Below are positions 1 through 8,200 of a DNA stretch of 51,880 nucleotides, one piece after another (the stretch's first letter is position 1; the number at the start of each line of letters is the position of its first letter). The position numbers were made by a program, and so were the translations under genes. The DNA is from Chitinophagales bacterium (lineage in GTDB: Bacteria > Bacteroidota > Bacteroidia > Chitinophagales > Chitinophagaceae), in assembly GCA_044448365.1 (NCBI GenBank), contig JBIOGV010000001.1:1-51880 (forward strand). The letters run 5' to 3'. Under the pieces are notes generated by a model. The model was not told where the DNA came from. It ran no database searches and was given only the letters and a program-made list of their open reading frames with translations.

Positions 1-369
1 AATAAAATTGATATTTCAGGAGAACGAATAGCAAAAGAAAAATTCAAAGAGACTTTGAACCTGTTGTTTATTTCAGCGATCAACCCAAAGTATATTGAAA
101 CTTTAAAAGAACGAATGGTTGATATGGTGCTGGAAGGTCATGTGCAAACGGAAAGTACGATTGTTACCAATGCGCGGCATTTTGATGCACTGCAACAATT
201 ACATTCATCTTTAATGGATGTTACAAAAGGTCTTGATGATAAACTGCCCGGTGATCTGTTAGCGCTTGATATTCGGTTGTGTCTTCAATATCTTGGAGAA
301 ATCACCGGAGAGATCACGAACAAAGATCAGCTGGATTATATTTTTTCAAAGTTCTGTATCGGAAAGTAA
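1..369 (+). CDS. mnmE: tRNA modification GTPase MnmE, C-terminal part (5' end lies outside the window)
   Basis: Frame 1 is open from nt 1. The translation ends ...LGEITGEITNKDQLDYIFSKFCIGK*, the canonical MnmE/TrmE C-terminal CIGK motif. Confidence 0.85.
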   Translation, partial: NKIDISGERIAKEKFKETLNLLFISAINPKYIETLKERMVDMVLEGHVQTESTIVTNARHFDALQQLHSSLMDVTKGLDDKLPGDLLALDIRLCLQYLGEITGEITNKDQLDYIFSKFCIGK

Positions 370-782
370 CTGCATCGCGTCAGATGCAGATTCTACGCAG
401 TTTATGCGGATTCCAAACAAGTTATACTTGCTTTTCTTTGTTTTTATTTGCCTTTAGTCGCCTTTTTTTTTAGGTAGGAAAGTGGCCATTACTTTAAAAC
501 TAATGGACCTTCCCATTGTAAAGAGGAGAGATTATAGTACACAATGATACGGTATGATACATAATGATACGATAATTATCGGTTGAAAAACAGAAATCAC
601 AGCCAAAATAAAAGTATATGAGTAGTAATATAAGAGTAACTAAAGTATGTGAGTATTGCAGCCAGAAATTTATAGCGAAAACCATTCAAACGCGATATTG
701 TTCGCATAGTTGTAATAATAAAGCCTATAAGGAAGGTAAACGCAAAGGAAAGATTGAATCAGTAATCAATAAAACTAATCCG
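352..782 (+). repeat. Copy 1 of a ~430-bp direct repeat (mnmE terminal codons + hairpin + palindrome + ATGATAC triplet + 5' part of the Zn-ribbon gene)
   Basis: Aligns colinearly with 12578-13005, roughly 80-85% identical by eye. Confidence 0.85.
370..389 (+). other. 7-bp stem hairpin (CTGCATC-N6-GATGCAG) immediately after the mnmE stop; candidate terminator stem or recombination core
   Basis: Perfect inverted repeat seen in the sequence with no clear U-tract. It is conserved with loop variation at 12596-12615 and 13159-13178. Confidence 0.4.
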
Positions 783-923
783 CTAAATCATCCAAAACTT
801 AATTCCTCATCAATTAGCTATGGCAGTCTGAATGAAAAAGAATTTCTCACTATAAATGATTGCAGCCAGCTTTTGAATATCACTACAGTAGCCTTAAGAA
901 GGTGGATTAAAGAATTTTTTTAG
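618..923 (+). CDS. Small zinc-ribbon (CxxC...CxxxC) plus C-terminal HTH (excisionase/MerR-like) DNA-binding protein
   Basis: ATG start. The N-terminus is CEYCSQKF...YCSHSCNNK. The C-terminus FLTINDCSQLLNITTVALRRWIKE resembles HTH_17/Xis-type helices. A paralogous truncated copy lies at 12843. Confidence 0.55.
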   Translation: MSSNIRVTKVCEYCSQKFIAKTIQTRYCSHSCNNKAYKEGKRKGKIESVINKTNPLNHPKLNSSSISYGSLNEKEFLTINDCSQLLNITTVALRRWIKEFF

Positions 924-1122
924 ATCAATTTAGAATTTAGACAGTTGAGTTAAGCAACTATTTTATATAAGCCGGCGTTTTATATAATGACTACAAAAGA
1001 TTGTACGCTGCTTTAAAGAGATATTCCCCCCAACTGAATCCTTCACATGAGTTATTAACACGTAGACGAGTAGACAACTAGGGCTAAGTTTTATTTATTC
1101 ATAATTCAAAATTCTCAAAACA

Positions 1123-1965
1123 ATGAAACACTATTACAAAGAAGCTACATTGCTCATTGCTATTGTTTTTATTTTGGGCGAATTAGGAATTGCTCAAAAT
1201 TTATCTTACTGCCCTTCAAAAGGGAACAGTACACTTCACGGCTATATCGCAAAAGTTTCCATAGAAGGCATAAATAATGCCAGTGGTAACAATAACGGAT
1301 ACCACGATTTTACGAGCCTTTCTGCTAAACTTCAAAAAGGAGCCGATTATACTATCCAATTGAGTCCAGGATTTATTAATATTCCGAGTGGGGGAATTTA
1401 TTTTGAATACTGGTCCGTTTATATTGATTTTAATCAGAATGGTATTTTCGAATCAAATGAAATGGTGACCCATGGCAATTCGGCGATAAAAATTAATAAA
1501 GGCTTTCTCATCCCTGCAACAGCTTTAACAGGCTCGACAAGAATGCGTATTCAAATGCAACCAGGCGTTGAGCAAACAAATCCTTGTGCTGTATTTGCGT
1601 TTGGAGAAGTAGAAGATTATTCCGTCGTGCTGGTCAATAGTATCAACAAAATTGAAACTGCTGAAAAACAAAATGCATCGATTAGAAATTCAAAAGAAAT
1701 TTCAGAAGAAGATGACAAGATTCGCCTATTCCCAAATCCGGCAAAAAATAGCCTTGCTGTCCAATTAAACATAAATTTCAATGCAAATAATAAAATTGAA
1801 GTATATAATAGCTTAGGCAAGCAGGTTCTATCTGTTCAAAGCATTGAATCCAGCAATGGAGGAACCATTGCGATCAACACAAGCACGCTGGCAAATGGAA
1901 TTTATTTTATGAATATTATGAACAATCAACAAATCGTCAGAAAGAGATTTGTCATTTCCCGGTAG
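1123..1965 (+). CDS. Secreted GEVED-domain protein with T9SS type A C-terminal sorting domain
   Basis: N-terminal signal peptide, a GEVEDY motif, and the C-terminal tail LFPNPAKNSLAV...GIYFMNI...RKRFVI typical of Por/T9SS sorting domains. Confidence 0.8.
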   Translation: MKHYYKEATLLIAIVFILGELGIAQNLSYCPSKGNSTLHGYIAKVSIEGINNASGNNNGYHDFTSLSAKLQKGADYTIQLSPGFINIPSGGIYFEYWSVYIDFNQNGIFESNEMVTHGNSAIKINKGFLIPATALTGSTRMRIQMQPGVEQTNPCAVFAFGEVEDYSVVLVNSINKIETAEKQNASIRNSKEISEEDDKIRLFPNPAKNSLAVQLNINFNANNKIEVYNSLGKQVLSVQSIESSNGGTIAINTSTLANGIYFMNIMNNQQIVRKRFVISR

Positions 1966-2213
1966 CCAAAAATCAAAAGCGACTGCCAATTATGATTAGC
2001 AGCTGCTTTCATCTTTAACGGAGCTGACAGGACAAATATCGAACCTTCTACTTGAAGACCTTCAAAAGTTGCATGAACCACGGTTATCGAAAATGATACT
2101 GCCTAATAAAAAAATGGATAGTTGATTTTATATCCTTAATGCGACTCTGTAATTTCGGTCGGTAACAAAAAGCTGAACAGCGAATTGCCATTAATGCTGC
2201 ATCCCTTTAATCC

Positions 2214-2429
2214 TTATGAGCAGCAAAAAGTTTCTATTTGCGCAGGCGGACATTTTACAGTACCGTAACTACAAAAAACACAACAATCTCCTTGTTTGGG
2301 TTTTAATCTTGTCTTACAATTTTTACATTCGTAAAAAAATTGACAGGCATTTGTCGGCATTGTCTCTTCTTCGCTGTGTCCGCAAAATGGACAGGTTATT
2401 ATTGATGTCGGTTCTAAGTTTTTGTTCAT
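2214..2429 (-). CDS. GDCCVxC domain-containing small Cys-rich protein
   Basis: Contains CPFCGH, CKNCK and GDCCVFCSYG motifs that match the named GDCCVxC (seleno)protein family. The ATG at 2429 is preferred over the TTG at 2432. Confidence 0.75.
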   Translation of the reverse strand: MNKNLEPTSIITCPFCGHSEEETMPTNACQFFYECKNCKTRLKPKQGDCCVFCSYGTVKCPPAQIETFCCS

Positions 2430-2589
2430 CAATCTTATTCTTTTTTGCAGCCAATTAAAGTTACAAAAGTTGAAATAGATTTATGTCCTTCGTCCGTGAT
2501 TCGATCAGCCTGAACCATAGCTGAAGTGTCAATGTCCAGTACCACTTGCAACAATAATCTTGTTAGCTGTCTTTGCCGCGGTTTACCTC

Positions 2590-2668
2590 CTTCTTATTCT
2601 GTATCGCGACTCCAGAAATGTGGCTTCAACGGAATGATGGGTAGGCGAATTCACCGGAGAGATAATAA
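2590..2668 (+). repeat. mnmE-core repeat, A-type (core TTCTGTATCG at 2597-2606; upstream L module degenerate)
   Basis: Aligns with 4743-4812, 11088-11160 and 27358-27420. Confidence 0.7.
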
Positions 2669-2732
2669 ATTTCATCTGGAAGTTTTTGATCACACGTAAA
2701 GAGTATGCACAAAGTACCCTCAATGACCCTGT

Positions 2733-2795
2733 TCAGCTTTTTGGCGCAGCTTGACATTTACCGTTGAGCAACAGAATAAATTTTTATCTTTAGTA
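2733..2795 (+). repeat. Module P (CAGCTTTT...TTGACATTTACC...TTTTTATCTTTAGT), copy 1
   Basis: Shared with 4488-4548. It sits ~100 nt upstream of the S41 peptidase start, so it is promoter-like, but this is unproven. Confidence 0.5.
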
Positions 2796-2897
2796 ATAAT
2801 GCTAGGCATTCGCTACCGCGGGCGACGAATAGATGACCCCAATAGCCATCGGGACCCCAACAGCCTGGAGGTTGGGCGTCATGCTTGAACAACCCTA

Positions 2898-4379
2898 ATG
2901 ACGATTATGAACATTCGCAAAATACCATTCACCTTTTTTTTTCTGACATCTGTGATTATTTCACCAGCACAAAATTTCCATAATCTGAATTTTGAACAGA
3001 CTTGCGACACTTCCAAAACAGGCCTTTGTTATTGGGATTTATCATGGGGCAGTAAGGGTGCAGTAAAACAGGATGTAGTTAATGGGATAAGATGCCTGCT
3101 ACTACAGGGAAATAAAACTAATTCTGTCGGATGGACAGAGCAAACATCCATCATTCCAGCTTTCAAAAGTATAAAGATAATTACCATTATTGCAAACATC
3201 AGTTCAGAAAATATTGAAGGCAAGGGTGCAGGTTTTAATATAAATATTTATGATAAGGATGAAAACCTTATTGCTACAAAAGATATGGGAGGTTTTTATT
3301 CCATAGAATGGATACGAGGAACAACATCTTGGAAAAAGTATTTAATTTCCCTTGTATGTCCTATTGATGCAGCGAAAATAAAAATTGGCGCCATACTTTA
3401 TGGTAAAGGGAAAGCCTGGTTTAAAAATTACAAAGTAGTTTTTGCTTCCACAGAAGGAAGAAAAGTTAGTGTTCTTGCAAAAAAATATATTGCTGCCGCA
3501 TGTGACACAATTAGACTTAATTCATTAGTAAGGGATTCAATTAACATTAGCTCCCTTAAAGAAACAGCTCTGAGAATTGCTGGCCCTGCAAAAAAATACA
3601 GCGACTGCTACCTCGCTGTGAGTTATCTTCTGGAATCTTTAAGGCCTTACGGCGATCATCATTCATTTTTTATGAAAGCGGATGAAGTTATGAATTGGAA
3701 AAATGGGGGCTCTGCGGTCAGCAAAATTGAGCTCCCATCTTATAAGGTTATTGAGAACTGTGGTTATATACTTGTTCCCCCTTTCCATGGTGGAAATCAA
3801 AATACAATACTTGCTTATGCTGACAGTTTGCAGCTTGCGCTTAAAAAACTAGATAATATGGGTGTTAAAGGTTGGGTTATTGACCTTCGTTTAAATACTG
3901 GCGGCAATCAAGAGCCCATGATTGCCGGACTTGGTCCTTTATTTAGTGGAGAAATGCTTGGTTCATTAGTAGACTTAAATGGAAAAGCACATACATGGAA
4001 TTATAAAAATGGGAAATATTATGGGAATGATTTTGAAGGTTGGAATGTTTCAAACCCCACAATTTTGACATCAAAATTACCTATAGCCGTTTTGACAAGT
4101 GGTCAGACAGGTAGCTCAGGTGAAGTAGTAACAATCTCTTTTATCGGTAATGATAAAACAAAATCATTTGGACAACCAACCTGGGGATTGACAACTGGTA
4201 ACGGGAGTTTTGACTTAGCAGACGGTGCCAAAATGTTTTTGGCTTCAACTATAATGGCAGACAGAAATGGTAAGCAATATACCAGTAGCATAGTGCCCGA
4301 TGTGCAGTTTGATAATATGATTGTTGATAATGTAGATGTGGTATTAATGAAAGCAATAGAATGGGTAAAATCACAATAA
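2898..4379 (+). CDS. S41 family peptidase (C-terminal processing peptidase-like), secreted
   Basis: Signal peptide. GWVIDLRLNTGGN and TSGQTGSSGE motifs are typical of the Peptidase_S41 Ser nucleophile region. Confidence 0.75.
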   Translation: MTIMNIRKIPFTFFFLTSVIISPAQNFHNLNFEQTCDTSKTGLCYWDLSWGSKGAVKQDVVNGIRCLLLQGNKTNSVGWTEQTSIIPAFKSIKIITIIANISSENIEGKGAGFNINIYDKDENLIATKDMGGFYSIEWIRGTTSWKKYLISLVCPIDAAKIKIGAILYGKGKAWFKNYKVVFASTEGRKVSVLAKKYIAAACDTIRLNSLVRDSINISSLKETALRIAGPAKKYSDCYLAVSYLLESLRPYGDHHSFFMKADEVMNWKNGGSAVSKIELPSYKVIENCGYILVPPFHGGNQNTILAYADSLQLALKKLDNMGVKGWVIDLRLNTGGNQEPMIAGLGPLFSGEMLGSLVDLNGKAHTWNYKNGKYYGNDFEGWNVSNPTILTSKLPIAVLTSGQTGSSGEVVTISFIGNDKTKSFGQPTWGLTTGNGSFDLADGAKMFLASTIMADRNGKQYTSSIVPDVQFDNMIVDNVDVVLMKAIEWVKSQ

Positions 4380-4487
4380 GAAAAAACCGTGATAATACGA
4401 TTTGTAAAAGCACAAATTTGGGTTTGTGTAAACGGGGGCTGACGGAATCTGTGTTTCGACTTTTTTCAAGCCTGGTCATAACGCTAT

Positions 4488-4548
4488 ACAGCTTTTGTCC
4501 CGACTTGACATTTACCATTTAGCGAAAGAATAATTTTTTATCTTTAGT
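4488..4548 (+). repeat. Module P, copy 2
   Basis: Aligns with 2733-2795. Confidence 0.5.
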
Positions 4549-4812
4549 GTATGTCGTCAAAACAAATTGGACTTTTTGTTAGATACAGCTTTGTGATTAC
4601 AAGCGTAAATTTTAGGTGTATTTCATTCCCGACCAATCACAAAAGACTTAGTGTGTAACCCAAGGTTTTTTCGAGAGTTTACATTAATACTTTAATTCTG
4701 CCATTAATTTCTCTAAACACGGATAAGTACTCGATGAATACATTCTGTATCGTGGCTCCAGAAATGTGACTTGGAGGGAATGATGAAAGGGTGAGATCAC
4801 CGGAGAAATAAC
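4549..4812 (+). repeat. X-L-core-A composite repeat, copy 1 (core TTCTGTATCG at 4743-4752)
   Basis: About 265 bp colinear with 10893-11168, roughly 85-90% identical by eye. It contains a conserved 10-bp stem (TTTGTGATT...AATCACAAAA). Confidence 0.9.
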
Positions 4813-5250
4813 ATCACGAACACAAAGCCCTTCAGCTTTTCTTTCCGGGCTGGCGTTTATCTCATAGGCAATAACTCAGCCTGCCCGGTGTAATCATTGC
4901 AAGAAATCATTTTAGTAAAGTGATCCTGCTATTAGTTTCTAGTCAATGAAATAATTTTCATTGTCTTTTTTTGTCTCCCCTAAAACTTGCAAAGAGGCGT
5001 CCGAAAGACCTACCTTTAATTTCAAATGGAATAGGGTACCGGAAAAAATTTATTCATCAGCATTATCCTGTTACTGGCTTTGCTATTAATAGCTCTGGTG
5101 ATTTGGATTTATGCTACGAGAATAAAAAATATTGAAAAAGAACTTTAGGCCGGTTACCTTCATAGAAATTCCACCGGGATTTTCGGGAATTGTTTGAGGA
5201 GGAATGGTACCATAACCTGTTTTCTTTTTTTAATAAAAAATATTTTCCTG

Positions 5251-8200
5251 ATGAAAGGCGCATCTCGGTTTACTTCCTACAGCCATCTTGCCTTCCAGGT
5301 GGGATGCTTTATGTATTTTTTTTTCCTATCACCACTGGTTTCAAATGGCCAGCCCCAATCAGAAAAAGGGCTTCCATTTATAACAAATTATGCTGCTAAG
5401 ACTTTTAATGCACTTCCTCAAACCTGGAGCGTGCAGCAGGATGAAAATGGAATAATGTATTTCGGCGTTCAAAATTACATACTGGAATATGATGGTATAA
5501 GATGGCGAAAATTAACGTTTCAAAATAATTCAAGTACAAATATATGCCGGTCAATGACAATGGCTGAAAACGGAGTCATTTATTACGGTGGATTTGGTGA
5601 TTTAGGTTACTTGGGTAATGATAGCCTTGGACAAAAAAGAACTAATTCCCTTCTGCGCCTGGTTCCGCCAGAATACCGCAATTTTTTGGATGTATGGTCA
5701 GCCTATTCTACAGAGTCGGGAGTCTATTTTCAGTCCCGGGAATACATTATCCGGTATGATGATTCAAAGCATGAGCCTGGTGAAAAGAGAATGATGAAGG
5801 TTTGGATACCAAAAACCAAGTTCATGTACGCCTTTTATCTCGATGGGAATTATTTTGTTCATCAGCAGGGGTTGGGTCTTTTTAAAATGGTAAATGACTC
5901 ACTTGTTTTAATACCCGGCAGTGAATTTCTCGGAAAAGAAAGAATGCAGATTATGCTTCCCTACCCGTCAGCGACAGGGGAAAAACAATACCTCATAGGG
6001 CTGTTTTATAGTGGTCTGTATCTTTACGATGGAAAAACATTTCGACGGTTCATTACTCAGGCTGATCCGATCTTTAGATCGGGAATTAATTTGTACAAAG
6101 GCCTTCAGTTGAAGAACGGTTCTTATGTTCTTTCAACCACAGGAAAAGGCCTCGTTATTATAGATGCACAGGGTATCATCCAGCAAAAAATTAACAGGGA
6201 TGTAGGGCTGCAGGATGAAACCATTTACGCAACGTTTATAGATAAACGTGGGTCGCTTTGGTTAGGATTGGATAATGGAATTTCAAGGGTCGAAATAGCT
6301 TCGCCGGTCACAAAATTCGGATCGCAATCCGGAATAAATTCCGGAGTTCTTAGTATTAACAGGTTTGGGGGAGATCTTTATATTGGAATATCGAATGGGC
6401 TTTTAGTATTCAATAATAAAACAGCTCATTTTGAGCGGGTACCCGGTATGCTTGGGAACCAGGTATTTCAGATGTTACAGGTAGGAAATGAATTGATAAT
6501 ACCTGCTGATGGTCTGTTTGGAGTCAGGAATATGAAAGCCCATGCTATTCGTGCTTCTGTGAGCGCAGACCTCACATTAAACGGTGTATATCATTCCAAA
6601 AAATATCCTAATGTCCTGTTATGCGCTGGAAATTTCGGGGTCGCAGTTTTTGAAAAGAAGAGTGAGCCATCTTCATCCAATGGTTCAGGAACATGGCATT
6701 TCACAGGGTACATTCCGGGTATCAAAGACCAGTTATGGACGCTGGCTGAAAATTCAGATGGAACCATTTGGGCGGGAACCCAGGTTGGGCGCTCATACCT
6801 GATCAGGTTGGCATTTGATGCAAAGGATAGTATTGATTTGAAAAATACAAAATTTGAAATATACGGGCCCGGGAATGGTTATAAGAATGGCCTTGGCAAT
6901 GTCTTTTCCATAAAAGGATCAAATTATTTCCCCGGTGATTCCGCTCTATACACTTTCGACGATAAACAGAAAAAATTTAGAATTGACAGCACTTTTGGAA
7001 TTTTTAAGAAAGGTGGAGGCTTTACTGAATTTGACATGGATGAAGATGCCCGGGGCAGGGTTTGGATTCGTCTTGGCAAAGAGTTAAGGTTGGCGGTTCC
7101 CAGGCCAGAAGGAGGTTATTTCATCGATACAACGGAAATGCGTGAAATCAATGATTTTACTATTCAAAAAATTTATCCTGAAAAAACCGGAATTGTCTGG
7201 ATATGCACTACTGATGGCTTGATGCGATATGATGAAAAACTTAGAAAGGAGAATGATCCGTCCTTTAAAACTCTACTTCGTTTCGTTTCCGCCGGTAAGA
7301 GCGAACTGAACACGGCCATCAGCCAGGATGAGAAACTTGTCTCTGTTTCTTTTAAAAAGCGTACTCTTCGGTTTGAATATGCTGCACCTTTCTTTGAACA
7401 GGAAGAAAAAACACTATATCAAACCTGGTTAGAAGGATTTGAAAAAAACTGGTCGGATTTTGATTATAACTACTATAAGGAATACACAAATCTTCCTGCA
7501 GGTAAATACCATTTTCATGTGCGTGCAAAAAATGTTTATGAGAAATTAAGCGAAGAAGCTGTTTATTCTTTTTCGATACGACCACCCTGGTATGCAAGCG
7601 GGTGGGCATATTTATTATACATCCTGACTGCACTTGCAATTGTTTATACTATTATCCGCTGGAGAACCCGCCAATTACACGAAAAACATCGCGAACTTGA
7701 AAAAATTGTGGCAGAGCGTACCGTACAATTAAGTCTCCGCCTGGATGAACTCGCTGTGATAAACAGTGTGCAGGGTGGCCTGGTAAGAGAAATGGATATT
7801 CAGGGAATCTATGAACTGGTGGGAGAAAAGATCAGGGAAATTTTTCATGCCCAGATATTCGATATCGTAACCTACGATAGTAAGACCAATTTACTCGAGG
7901 ATCACTATTCTTATGAAAATGGTGACCGGACACTGGTAGGAAAATGGGAACCAAGCGGATTCAGGAAAATTGTAATAGATACCCAACAAGTATTATTGAT
8001 CAATAAAGATCTTGATAAAAGAAGCCAGGAAATAAACAACAAAGTGATCAGCGGAGAACAGCCAAAATCTGCCCTTTTTGTTCCTTTGATTTCAGGTGGT
8101 CATGTGACCGGTATGATCAGCCTGCAGGATCTTGACAGGGAAAATGCTTTTCCTGAATCATCCGTCAATTTACTTACTACGCTGGCAAACAGCATGAGTG

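Noticed and set aside
266-473. ORFs 266-457 and 279-473 overlap the mnmE 3' end.
   Set aside because: They are out of frame with a confidently identified mnmE C-terminus and extend into the repeat/trailer.
5194-5250. The track start of the giant kinase at 5194.
   Set aside because: Position 5194 is a TTG. The ATG at 5251 is followed by a hydrophobic signal-like segment. The choice is not proven.
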